Below are positions 11,800-24,399 of a stretch of DNA of 64,000 nucleotides, piece after piece. This DNA comes from Anthoceros angustus (Eukaryota; Plantae; Anthocerotophyta): contig MU008193.1 of the NCBI GenBank assembly GCA_010909165.1, positions 310,001 to 374,000 of the forward strand, written 5' to 3'. The first letter of the stretch is position 1. Each line of letters opens with the position of its first letter. The position numbers were made by a program, and so were the translations under genes. The notes under the pieces were generated by a model. That model was given only the letters and a program-made list of their open reading frames with translations, had not been told where the DNA came from and made no database searches.

Positions 11800-14700
11800 T
11801 CTATCCTCTACGGTGTTTCCGCCTCCTTCGACGGTGACCTTGTGCGGATCATCATCAAACATGCCTTCAAAAGCACCAGAGTCGCCCCGGTGCTGCCTCG
11901 CGGGTTCTTGCGATTGGTGCCGAATCGAAGTCGGATGTCTCTCATCACCAGCGCTTGTCGAACTACACCAATTTTTATTCGGATTTTCGTCCAAATCATC
12001 ATTTTCCTCCAATGCATCTCCTCCGAACTTGGTGGTCTGTTAGTTATCTTCAACCCTATTACCTTCTTCTGGTAGATGTTGAAGTTCGAATAGCTTTGTC
12101 TTGATAAGCTCGTACGGACTTGTAGAGTGCTATCCCTTGCAAACGAGAACCCGTATGCCAAAATAAATGTCTCCGATATCAACACGATCCGTGTGCTTGG
12201 TCGCCTCCGTTGTCGCAAACCCTCTCTATCATCGTGTGTGGAGCCAATATCTCCTCCGTAGGTACCTTCCTCAAACGCATTGCTATTCTCGTCACCCACC
12301 ACCGGACAACTAGGTAAGGTTCGTCACATAAGAAATCCAAGTCTTCCACTGCAATCCGAAAGGCCTGCCGCTCATTCTCATGGGACTGCAATCATATGGC
12401 CTCGTCGATCTCGGACACATCCCCATCGAATCTCGCCAACTCGATGGTCGCGCCCGGTGGCCTAAAATTCCGACATACATGTGGCGGTTGCGGGGTTGCG
12501 GGCGGGCGGAATGACAAAGACATCTGGAGCGTCGATGGGATTTAAGTTCCGCTCACCTCGTCCCTGTACCACTCCCATGCTTTTGAAGATCTCGATGGAC
12601 TCCTCCTCGATTTTGTCGCAAATATCGATCGTGATGCCGAATGAGTTCCACCATACTTTGTCTTCCGGAGATAGATATTTTTGCATCGGTTCTTGAGGGC
12701 TTTCCTAATGGCTGCCAATGATTTATGCGTTCGTCGCGGGTTTCCCATGCGATTGAAGTGGACATAAAGGCGCTCCCCTTATATCTTTGGGTATTCTCAA
12801 GGAACTCCAAACCCTCAGCGGTTCCCAATGTGAACAAGTAGAAAGTGCCTTGCCACGAAGAGCTATTCTGATGGCTCCGACTCTTTCTTCCCTTGAAATT
12901 TTGAATTGATGATAACTATGATTGTGCAAATTCTTACACGCATCTCGTGTCCTCTTTACCCATCCCATTGGGCGGACAAAGCTCACGAAATCGGCCACCT
13001 CGAAACCATTTTCACTTCGGATTGGGTGTATAAGCGATGAATCAAACTCATAAGGGTTTCGAGTGACATTGCTTTTTGTGCACGAGGCTTTTAGAAAAGC
13101 ACGAGAACATTTGATCAATGCATCATGTGTGTGCCCGACAAGAAGGAAGCCCACCTTCACCTTATCGAAGACCCGCTTCTCGACAAGCATACTCAAGTAT
13201 GCAAACAACAACATATTCTTGTTTTCTCTGGCCGTGTTGTCTAGTTGCAAGTAAAACGTCTTGCGAACCATCTCATATGTGAGAATAACATCACGGATGA
13301 TATGAATAGTTAAGTTGGCGTCGTTCGAATATTCGAAGTTCACATACACCGGTCTTCATAATGTTGTTGTATACCAAACAACCCACAACATGGACCCGGA
13401 TGAGACCATCTGCAAAATCCTTTGGAGGCGGGAAAATGTAGCTCCGTCTTGCTTTGGTCCATCCGTCTATCGCCATTACCAATGTATTTGCTCGGTTGGC
13501 CTTTACACTTCAAACGATGTTTTGCAAGTTTTAGTCGCTCTCTGATCGGACCGATGTTCACGAAGATCTCATGGACCTCATCACGATAATGGATCATGGT
13601 CGAGCGTTGTCCTTGGTGCAGTGCATGGACCCGACCGGCGCGCACTAGTGCGGCCGCGCATGGTTGCGCGCATAAGCGGTGCGTCTGCGCACTGGCGCGC
13701 GCACAGCGTCGCACGTCGCGCCGCGCCCCGCAAGAGGAGCCCACTCCGTGCGGCCGCAAGTCGCGCGCACCCGCTGAGATCGCGCACAAATCGCGCTCCC
13801 GCATGGGGCGCGCAGCGCGCACCTCCTTCTCGACCTCCTTTGTGAATCGCGAGCTTGTGCGCGCACTCGAGTTACCGCCTGCTGCGCGCAAGTGCGCACC
13901 CGGCAGTGGGCACAAGCCGCGAGACAGAGCGTTGGAGTGCTCATGATTCCATGGAAGTCAAAAGGAAACTCGGATATGAAATACCTTGTTCTTGTCGGTT
14001 GCTGGTCATCTCGATGGTGTCTTCAACGTTCGCATTGGACGCATTTTGAAAACGACTACACTTTGGTATCTTCACTTTTGGAAAATGTTTCTTCCATAAG
14101 GCAGTGAGAATGAGAGGCGTTGGTCAACCCGACTCTTGAAACCTCCGTTTGTAGTCACGGAATATCTCTCCTTTGGTATATGAATCGGCAAGTTAAAAGC
14201 TGAAACATTGGGCATGCGTTGTTTTAGCTTGAAAAACTTTTCCATCCAAGCAATGCATTCCGAACATGATCTTGATTGGGCGTCCTTGGAACTTCAATTC
14301 ATGACCATGGTGTGTTCGTTAGTACTCTCTTTCAAATGTTCATACCTCCATCCAATGCGAACACTTTTACGAAACTTCGTACACAACATTGCAATCTGTT
14401 GTCTCCCAGGAGAAAATTGAGAACATTGCGACCAGTATAGGTTGCTTGTTCTACCTCGAGCAATCCTTGCAAATATATTTCCTGCTGTTCTCGAGGCAAT
14501 CCCAGGAAGCGATATTTGAGGCTCTCTATATTCTTCTTTCCCAATTGCAGCAAACAACCTGCGCTACAGCAATGCGAAGACCATGCGTTGTGTATTTCTT
14601 CAACGCTGCACAGCTTCATGGTCCTCTTCAATCTCCGGCTTGGATAATGTCTACGCTTCACGGACAATGTGGACTCGAGGATTACGTGAAAGGCTCGGCT

Positions 14701-14947
14701 GGATGCCCGCCTTGGTGTTACGTGCCCGCATCCTCCTTCCCGCAAAATTCGGTCCCATCATTCCGACCTCCTCCATGGAGCGATGAAGAAACAATTTCAT
14801 CGCATTCCATCTTGACCTCGTTCCTAATGTCGATTTGGCGTGGTATCCGAGAATGCTTGGCCTACCTCCTCTCCCTTCTTCAATGGAGTTGTATCGATGA
14901 CGAGACCCGATGCCTTCCATGCTCGGAGTGGTGTCCATGATTGTCAC
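11800..14947 (-). CDS. Transposase A, DUF7869/Sola-like DDD transposase with one intron (~13590-13984) and C-terminal extension; frameshifted in this sequence
   Basis: CCSAGCL; KVKIPKCSRFxKCVQCERLK; KYIGMAIDGMDQSK; FYLQLDNTARENKNMLLFAYLSMLVEK; KVGFLLVGHTHDAIDQMFS; GT donor after ...KNK at 13984. Confidence 0.85.
13620..13930. repeat. GC-rich (TGCGCGCA-type) low-complexity array inside the putative transposase A intron
   Basis: Dense GCGCGC/GCGCAC runs; counterparts at ~34010-34290 and ~54080-54320. Confidence 0.75.
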
Positions 14948-14949
14948 CT

Positions 14950-16390
14950 TCTCAATCTTCCATGACGGCAGAATCTGAGCGATCGGCTACAAAACATCAA
15001 TTCGTGAAACATTTCGGAGACCAGTCGCCGCATGGCCTTCCATTCATCGCCGGGCTTACCCGCAGTAGGATGGAGAAGCGCCTGCATTTCACCGCTCCTT
15101 CAAACTTGAATGGTCCGCAACTATGAGACGAAGAAGTGCTGCGTACTATGGAGTTTGTCCATCGTGTTTGAACGTTAAAATATGCATACATGATTATGGT
15201 GGCGAGTTTAACCCGTTATAGTAGCCGCCAATGTTAATTACCAAAGCGTTCGGCTTGAAATAAGGGCTATAACGAAACCTAACCTAACCTTCAACCCAGC
15301 ATTAGTTAACCCACGGTTAGGCAAGTTTGAGATTCCTTCCGCCTAACATGGGCAAGCGCGTTGATGTGTCGACTTGCATCTGCGAGTGCGTTCAGTGCCG
15401 CTTGAGCGATTGCGGTGTTTTTGGACACAAGGCATCCGTTATCGGGAATCGTGGATGTAGACAGGCAAGAGCGCAGCGTTCTGGTGTCGGTGCTCTTGCG
15501 TGCATCTCCCATGTGCATCTGACTTGAGGTCTCGACAAGGAATCCGCGTGTTGGGCATGAGTTGTGTGCTTTGAATCGGTGGCTGGTTGAGCAGCGACAT
15601 AGGGAAGACAGCGTTCTGGTGTCCGTCTTGAGCGATTGCGGGCGTCACACAAGGCATCCGGTTTTGCAGAATCGTGGATGCGCACATGTGAGATAGGGAA
15701 GGCGCAGCGTCGTGGCGACTTCGGTGCTCTTGCGTGCATCTCTCATGTGCATCTGCGACTTGAGGGTCTCTCGGTGAGGAATGCGCGTTCTGGTGGGCGA
15801 CGCATCCTTGATTGGGCGGATCGCACAAGGGCTCCGCGTTTTGAGCAGACGCGCTTTGTGACGGCGGTTGAGGCGCCCAAGTGACATAGGCGAGACCTCG
15901 TTGCGGTTGGCAACCTCCTGCTTGGAGGCGTCTCGGACGCAAGGCAACATGAGTCTTGAAAAGCGTGTGTGAGCGACCGGTGTGTGTTCGCCAAAATCGT
16001 GTGGGTGACAAAAGGCCTCGGTGTCCGTTTGGCGGGGCGGTTGGTCTGCGGTTGTGCGAGCCGTTGCTGGCTTATGTTATGCACCCTTGGTGCTTGGGTG
16101 TGAAAGGCACCCGCGGTGTTTGGGTCGCGCCTTGGTGCTTGGTGTGGAAGGCACCCGGTGTTTGCTTGTGGCATGCACCTTGCTTGGTTGTCTGAGTGTC
16201 GCGTTTGTGGCGGAAAGGGCTGTGAAGAGCTTGTGAAGAAGAGCCTTCAGAAAGGGAGCCGAAATAGCGGTTTCGGATCTATAATTTGGCTTGTTTCATG
16301 AAATGAAGACAACTTCAACATTCCATTCTTTCCGCATGGTTTGGGTTGCCTCCGTTTTCCTCTAATGCACGTGTGCATCTGCGGTTGTGG
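14950..16390. promoter_or_regulatory. Divergent intergenic region of family A with a ~150 bp direct repeat
   Basis: Lies between head-to-head genes; repeat units at ~15400-15545 and ~15628-15787, also seen in copy 3 (~52210-52600); AACCT x3 at ~15276. Confidence 0.55.
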
Positions 16391-16392
16391 AC

Positions 16393-19300
16393 ATGTCCAT
16401 CCCACAGCAAGTGCGTGCAAAACAGGCCAACTTTGAACCTCAACCTCAGCCCAAACCTCCAAAACGCAAAGGGCGAAGCCAATGTCGACGAGCTTAGGAA
16501 GCGGAAGAGTGCGGCGGAGGAGGTTCGGGTGGTTGTCATAACCCACCAACATCCAGACCATCAGCTGCTGTAAAGTCGACTCTGCTCCCACAAGGAGCAT
16601 CTGATGGGAAGAGTGGCCCTTCCCAAGGGACATCACAGCGGAGGCCAAGGCCAAGCAAGGAGCATCAGGGCTGCTGGATGACAGGGCATCAACATTTTTC
16701 GATGATATCGGGATTGTGCCAGGGACAACATTGGAGAATCCTTTCTCTACGGCTGAGAAAAATGTGTTGACTGAGATTTGCACAGATCTATCAGAACAGG
16801 GGCTACTGGACAAGGAATGGTGCAGACATGAAGAAGGAACTGACTCTACACAGGAGAATTTTGATCCCATCCGCTCGGGTGAGCGGGTATATGGATGCGT
16901 TGAGGACACAAGATTGTGGTTGGGTACATTCTATGGGCTTGGAAGTATGAAGTCCGCCGCAATGCGTAATCAAACTCTTGATATGCACAATGAGGAGAAG
17001 TTCTTTTGAGGAATTCTAAGCATCACCGCTGGTATTGAGTGCGGACAACTGATTCAAGGCGATGCAATACCAAGACTGCGAAGTGGACTTGGCCGCGCCA
17101 TGACAAGTGACAAGGTATGTGACGAAGAGAATCGACTCACCCACTTTTTCGTGATTGCACCATCACTGCGCATGTCGGGAGATGCATCGGGCGCGCTGGC
17201 CCAGCGCCTGAGACCATGAGAACCCGGCGCGCACTTTTGCGCGCCGCACATGCGGCGCGTGCACGAGTCACGCGCAGCGCGCTGCGCGCATGGTCTTCGT
17301 GCGCGCGCGTGCGCGCGATGATCGCGCGCACTGTGCGCACGAGGACCCGTGTCAGCGCCTTGTGTGCCTTGCGGATCGCCGCAAGCTGGAGCGGAGCCAG
17401 TTCCGCTCCGAGTGGTGTGCGGCGCCGAGTCGCGGCGCATCGAGGCAGCCGCGCGCACTCGGCGCACTTGCGCGCACAATGCGCGCGCAGTGCGCGCAAG
17501 AGCGCGTGCCCGTGCGCGCACTTGTGCCTGGCGCAGCATGCCCCCGCGTGCCGCGCCGTCCGTCTGAAGTGCGGGCGGACCGGGTGCCACCTTTGTGTAC
17601 CGTAAGCGGTGGATGTTTGGTTGATGCATGGTTAATGGAGGCGTGGTTGTCTTTTGCGAGACATTCGGGACTATCTTGGCGTTTGTCCAAAAGAAATAGT
17701 TAGGGTTGATGATGATGAAGATGGCGAACAAGCTTGTGAAAGCGATCCTCTCGAGATAGCGATGGAGAGGCTAGGCGATTCGCAACCACGACCAAAGCAA
17801 ATCATCGGCTCAATATGGGAAATTCGATGGATTCAATGGAACAAAGCGAGAGGTACTTGCGACGGTATAGATATTCGGATGACGCCGATAGTGGAGAATA
17901 TGAAGAGCATGAAACCGCAAATGAAGATGTTGAGGGCGAGATGCATCGGACAACCGAGTTGAAGCACGACAACAAGAGAGGATATACATAGCGAGGTGGC
18001 TCAAAACGTTAGTCAAATGTCCCAAGAATCGCCATGCATTGGACGATGCCAGCTTCTACAAAGTTTAGATGGGGTCAAAGAATCGTGAAGGAGCGAGCCG
18101 TGTACAACCAACCTCAAGGAGGTACGCGGATGTTCGATTTCACCGCAAGGAAAGGTAAACCAAAGCGGGAAAAGAGGAAGAGGAATGACATTGACGAGAC
18201 ACCAGCGGCGACGCGTCATCACCAAAAGTCTTGACGGACAACGGAGTGGAGCGGAGCAAGGACCCGTTACATCAAATTCGAGAGTCGGCGCACAAAAGAG
18301 GTGCATTCCATACGGATATGGTTGCCATCACCAAGTTGAGAAGCGCGGACTACATTACTCGTGACGCTCGGATCCAAGAGTGGATGAATCATGGGGAAAA
18401 CATCTTCTCGGAAATTAAAAGGGACCGCAAGAGGAGTACTTCCGCTATGTATGATCGATCCAAGGAGTGCGCAGCGTGAGGTCTTTGACAAAGACAAGTT
18501 GAAAAGGCAGCGGACACCATGGGAGTATTGGTGGGAACCACGCTTCTATGCGTTCCAACGCTGTCTGTGAAGACCGGAGAACTCACACTTCCGATATGGA
18601 AGCTCATATATATCGGCTTAACCGAGATCGGTGTCGCCCGCAGATCACAATGTCAAGGCGATTTAGAGGATGTCTTTCATTGAGCAAGTCCGTATATTCA
18701 CGATGAAATGAAAATTGCGAGAGGGTATTAGCATTACAATGGATTGGAAGTACAATCTATATCGGATGCTAGGCGTCATCGGCGGCGCTTGGTCGGGAAG
18801 AAATGCACGACTTGTCGACGAGCCGTTATGCATTGCTAGTGTCCCGCCTCATGTGTGGACACGGTGGACGAGGTTTTCGATCTTTGGGAGAGGGGTGAGC
18901 TTCGAGCAAGGTAAGGAAGAAAGGCAGCAAGAGGGGAAATCAAAGCGTGGGGCCCGGATACGAGCGCGTGCGGGATCAAATTTGATGATAAAGCCAATGC
19001 ATGCGACCAATTGGAGAGTTTTCAGGCATGCCTCCGGTGAAGCGGTGAAAAGGATTATGATGCTGTTGGAGAAAGTGATTCAAGGCGAGTTGACCGTGGC
19101 GGCATGAAAAGCGTGGATAACGAAGGCCAAGAAGTTGAATGTCATCCGAGATGACATTTTGCTCGGAGGTGCAATTCATTTGAAGTTGAGCGAGAATATC
19201 CGAGGCACTCAACACCGGAAGATATAGCGAAATTTCAACCGGTGTTTGATCACATTGTAAGTACACTGTATTTCGCACGAGAGTTAGCAAGAAACTAGTT

Positions 19301-20548
19301 TGCGCGCACTCTTCGTGTTCACCTATGAGCGTCTCCATCCTGTGCGGACAAGCGGCGAGGAAAGAGAAGATGATGCATAGCTTCAAAGAGCACATCAATG
19401 CGGCAAGAAATTGGAAGAGGGTGGAAGATTTGCGGAGAGAGGAAGACAACGACGCAAAACTAGACATTTTCCATGTTCAAAAGCAAGCAAAGGTCCGTTA
19501 CGGGTAATAAGCGGTGATATTCGTGAAATGGCTGCCTACTTGGGGAAAAGAGAATACAAGCGGTCGTCGATTTACCAAGGGCAATTTATCGGAGACATGG
19601 GATAAGGAGATGACATGTGAGGATTTGGAGAAGATAATGGATGGATTCATGACAATCACCGAATGCAAGACTTTCCGTGATATTCATGCATGGACGGACC
19701 GGATGCGGGATGTCCAAAATGCCTGCGAAAATGGTGTGAAAAGGGGTTTATACAATGGTGCAGGAGAAAGACAATTTGGTTTCGGACGAGGACTTTCGAG
19801 AAGCTGAGTACATGACTGGGGTATGGTGTTCACCCAACTCTGAAGATATGAGGAAGTGCGGTGCATTGTCCAATAGTCACGGTAGATTGGAGCAATGCTG
19901 CGTTTATTCGACATAAGCGCGATCGTGAAGAAACTTTTGAATGTGTCCAACGATGGCCATGTTGTTTCTCCTTACCAAAAGCCAATAGGGTTGATGGTCT
20001 ATATGACCTATTCACAGAAAGAGGGAATGGGTTATAGATGGATGCTCGAAGCGGAGTGGAATACTTGCGGCATTCTTGGAAGGGAGGAAGCGTATTCTGT
20101 TGACCAAGAACAGAGGAGCACAATATTCATCGAGCAGTATTACAGGCCATGAAGTGTTTTCTAGACGAGGAAGAGTTGACCACCAAACCACACAAACGTG
20201 GACATCCGGTTTTGCCAAAGAGATGGCGGCGGGGAGATCATTAAGCCGCATACGCTACACTTGGTTCAAGGAACATGCACCCATCGACCTTCAAGACTTG
20301 AGTCAATCACGGGGCCCGAAGAAGAAGGAGAAAGATGGCAAAAAGGTCCGGATAACCCTAAGAACACGAAGGAAAGAAGAGCGAAGAAAGCGACCCTACT
20401 TGGGACAACCAACATCAGGAGCGTTTGGTTTGGCGAGTCCCAAGGTGGAGAAAGCCATATCTTCCTCTTGCTATTTTCGATCCGCACGCAAAGAACGATG
20501 ACATCGTCGTCCAGGAGACGGAAAGACAACATTCGCCAAACTAGCTAG
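16393..20548 (+). CDS. ParB/Srx-like domain + beta-class amino-DNA methyltransferase fusion A (putative intron ~17115-17659); frameshifted in this sequence
   Basis: IGGNH (GGNH at 18530-18541)...HNVKAD..MSFIEQVRI; VISGDIREMAAYLGKREYKSLVADLPRGNLSETWD (motif IV region, ~19500-19605); SPYQKPIGLM...EWVIDGCSGSG.GILAAFLEGRNCIVVDQE (motifs X-I-II, ~19965-20110; consensus of copies). Confidence 0.8.
17216..17580. repeat. GCGCGCAAGT/ACTTGTGCGC degenerate 10-mer array inside the putative MTase A intron
   Basis: Clearest in the copies at 48055-48445 and 50305-50700, where (GCGCGCAAGT)n occurs in both orientations; also ~30470-30850. Confidence 0.85.
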
Positions 20549-20924
20549 AAACATAGACCGATGTCAATGGGCATTTAAATGTGAGTCGTGCACAAGTTTG
20601 TGCACAAATAGCATGGCGGTCACGAAGGAAAAAGCTGATCTGAATGTCTCTCGATGGTTTTCTCGTAATTTCGATCTGGAATGTCCCATATAGTATATCG
20701 CACCAAAAATTGAAATGTTTGGGTGACTGTCATGGAGAAATAAAAAGGTGATTCGGTCTTGGTTCCTCGTGTGCGAAGGGGTCCGAAGCGTCAGGTGCCA
20801 AGGGTTTGAGAAAACCCCTTTTAGAACGAAACACGTACAACCTATCCCTCCTGGAAAGTGCGGTCGGTAGCGCACACCTTCCCATAGTCCGGACTAGTAG
20901 GAGTCCATGGTCAACGAAAAACTA

Positions 20925-23900
20925 ACTAATCGAACTCCGTGAACCATGTTCATCAAGTGTTTCAATGTCCTCGCCGGATGCAACATCTTACACGCCATCA
21001 TCCATGACGTCCCTTCCTTCCATATGTTCCGGAGCTTCCTCACAGGCGCAAAACGTACATGTTTTTCCGTATTATGGTTACGGTCCTTGCATTTTGCTTA
21101 TACATTTTGTTAGAGAAAACCCGTATGCCAAGATGAATGTGTGCGAAAGAAGCAATTTGTCGTGTTTCGCAACCTCATGCTCCGTCGTTGAGAGCGACCC
21201 CCACGCAGCGTTGGTGGCGATCGTAAAATCATCTCCTCTAGGTAGCCTTCAAATGCGTCGTGCATTTAGTCACCCACCAATGGACTTTAATGAATGGGCG
21301 TCACATTGGAAGTCCACAAGAACTTTTGCGAGCGATGGTCGATTGTCGCATCTCACAAGGCACCGCAATCATGTGACTGTTTGTATCTCCAACACCGCGT
21401 TCAAGCTTTCTTGTTCCGCCGCGCATCATCCGCCGCGCTCCAACATACATGTCCACGGCACCACGACGATTGGATCTGTAAAATCTCGACCTCGGTACAA
21501 CCAAAGGCGATGCAACTCTTCATTATGTGTTCTATCGTACCATTGCCAAGGGTCTTCAATTCCTCGGCATGCTCACATGCTATCTTGTCCACGATGGTGA
21601 TTGCTTCAGAATTCCTCCCACCAAATATCCTCACTGCGCCCAAATGGGTCCGAGTTTTCCTCTAGTTTCCCACGCATTCTTTGCAAGACTTCTTTGGGAT
21701 CTCTCCCTCTGCGCGCTTTTTACTTGGACCTCCAAATGAACCAAGCAGCGGCTTGAATAGGAGTAGATGGGACATTATTCAAAACTCCAAACCCTCGTCC
21801 GGTGACCCGTATTCATCGTGGAATATTGTTTGCCCCTCATCACGATAACAAGTCCGCTCACCTCGCGTTTCTCGGGTTATTTTGAGTGATCTTTGAAGAT
21901 ATATTGTGCAACTTTCACCTGACAACTTTGTTTATAGCCGCCTTACCATAAGGTATTGGCCACACAAACTTTCAGTGGAACTTCTTTCACCTCCATAATT
22001 TTGGTTTGGGCGTATATGCATTCTCCAAAATACCCATCGGTTTGGGCGTAAAGCTTCCTTCGCAAGCACTTGAAAACCTCGAAAACATCGGTCAACTTTG
22101 GTCATGAGTGTGCCCAACCGGAGGAATCCTACTTTTACCTTCTCAAAACCTTAAGCTCTACCAACATATTCAGGTAAGCGAATAGCGGTGCATTCTTATT
22201 CTCCCGTGCGGTGTCGAGTTGAAGATAAAGAACCTTTGGTAGTAGTCCTCGTAATTTGAAATGACATCGGATATTGGCTATAGTCGGTTTGCATCGTTAG
22301 GATGTTCCGTATGCCATGAATAGTTCCGACATGGTGTAGTTATAAATCATGCACCCCACAACATGGACGTCGATCAAACCTACATCCGGTCCTTGGGTAA
22401 CGCGTGAAATGTGGAAGGCTGTCTTGTTGGTCCATCCGTCGATGGATATCCCGATATACTTTGGTCTCCATAACATTTCACGCGGTGCTTGATGCATTTT
22501 TCTCTCTCGGACTTGATGGTACTGCGCCTCGGATCGACTTCAAATGCTTAAAATAATCACCCAAACAACGTTGAGGAATAAACGCCGCTCGGAAGGAACA
22601 GCAATACCGATGGTGACCGGACTTCACAACTATGCCTCGGTCGGTGCCTGTTATGCCGGTGGCCGGCCCTATCGTCAGCCGGTGTGGCGCTAACCGTGTG
22701 GGTGGCCGGCCACAAAAACACAATTTCACATCAAGCCTCACCTTGTTTTTCTCTGTTTTCTCGCTCTTTATATTTCGTTTGAGGCAGTTGTGCACAAGGC
22801 AAACCGATTGCTCTTGAATTTTGACCTTGTGGAAGTCGTAGCCCAAAGTGACAAAAGTAGGAATGAGAAACATTGTCTTCTTGGCCTGCATATGTTGCTT
22901 GTATTCTTGAACACCTCGCCTTTTGAGTAAGAGTCGGAAGGTGATACACTTCAATGTTTGGCATTCTCGGCAATAAGCATAAGCAGTTGGTTCATCCACG
23001 CGGCTGTTGCATCTTGATTCGATCGCCTTCGTGTCGCAAGGCAGACCACGCAATGTTTCCGATTGCTCGCTTTGCTTCTTCTGCAGCTAGACCCGATACA
23101 ATAAGCGCGTCAAGGCCTCTCTACACTTTTCCTCGTCCGACAAGAAACGAGTCTACCTAACCCTTCCATCGCTCCCATAATCGACATCAAAAGGGATTGT
23201 AGGTGCATCTCCCTCCACCGCACATTCTAAGGAACCGATACCTCAAATCTCGAAGGTTGCCTTCCCTATTGTCCTCAAGCATTGTCTACCACAGTTTTGC
23301 GAAAATCACGGGTAGAACCTCTTCACATTTCATCTCGGGCACTTTAGATTGCCTTTTACTGGGCGTCGTGGTGGTCTCGCCATGCTCGATAAATGATTCG
23401 GACCGGGCTTCAAATTATATATGCGCCTTTGGTGGATGTTCAAAACCTCATCCGAGTCCTCTTCCTCCACAGTTCCACCGAGCGTCTTTGGGGCCACAGT
23501 GGAAAGCAGTATCTTCTAGATACTGCAAACCGAGTTGGCATTCACCCCAGCGGCCATATCCGGTCGTGTCGTCGTGGAGCACTTCCCGGAGGAGTAGTCT
23601 TGCGGATGGCGGGATGTAGAGGCTCTGGCGGAGAAGGACTTCCGTGAATGGAATCCAACATCGAAAGGGCGGTGTCTTTGGAATGGATGCGATTATCGCG
23701 TCGGAAGTGGTGGAGGCCGTGCACTGCAGTCTGAATAACACACACGGAATCATGTTAAAGAGCCTTTGGAATGCAATCGATTTCCGACGAGTTTGCACGT
23801 ACCTTCATCTAGTTCTCCTCTTCATCTTGAACACCTTGACGATTGGCATTTCAAGTACCGCGCTGATGCCTCGACCGTAGTTCAAATGATACACACATCG

Positions 23901-24130
23901 AACGTGAAACGATGGAATGTCGAATATGCAAATAGTGCTTGCCCGTTTGGCCTCCGCGCATGGCGTCTTATAGTGTTGCATATCGAGGAATCTCGCGTTG
24001 ACCGATAGCATCCAAGTCCTTTGACTTCAAGAACTCCTTCCTTTGCTTCATCGGCAAATTTTCAAGAGCTACCTGTGCATGGGAAGAAGCGCACTTTGAA
24101 TCAGATCAAAGTCACACCCACAATTATAGA
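20925..24130 (-). CDS. Transposase B, DUF7869/Sola-like paralog of transposase A (intron donor at 22741); frameshifted
   Basis: KYIGISIDG(MDQ); DVGLIDVHVVGCMIYNY; LYLQLDxTARENKN..LFAYLNMLVELKV; KVGFLxVGHTHDQxDxMF; C-terminal VHWWVTK...FILAYGFSLTK. Confidence 0.83.
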
Positions 24131-24399
24131 CATGTGACATAAGGTGGTACGTGTGGTGTTGGATGATTTATTGAAATTTTGAACTTGGGGTTAACTGCAA
24201 GTGTCTTGATGATGGGAGTGGATATTCATGAATAGATATTTCGATGGACCTTGAATGAGAGTGCAGCGTCCTTAGAAAATGATGGCATAAGATGAGGTGG
24301 ATGCATCGAATTTGTAATGGGCCTATTTTAGGCATTTGAGGTTAAATGAATGATGACCGTGTTCGGTGAACCTACTGCTACTACTTGAGCCGTTTTAGC

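Larger units (their letters stand above)
8244..12448. repeat. Nested tandem duplications (8244-8705, 8706-10593, 10585-12448)
   Basis: AAGACGTGGTAAGGGTGCACG starts three times (~8262, ~8706, ~10602); junction microhomologies AAGA(A)CGTGG and TCGATGGT. Confidence 0.9.
11294..20828 (+). mobile_element. Family A TIR DNA transposon, copy 1 (~9.5 kb)
   Basis: Ends CTGCTCAAAGGGTTTCTC (11294) and GAGAAAACCCCTTTTAGAAC (20808-20827; cleaner at 38257-38277). Similarity to the inverted copies stops at these ends. Confidence 0.85.

Noticed and set aside
16393-20548. Bacterial restriction-modification operon or contaminant contig
   Set aside because: No cognate nuclease seen; GT donors at matching positions in both paralogs; the gene sits within TIR elements next to a Gypsy element.
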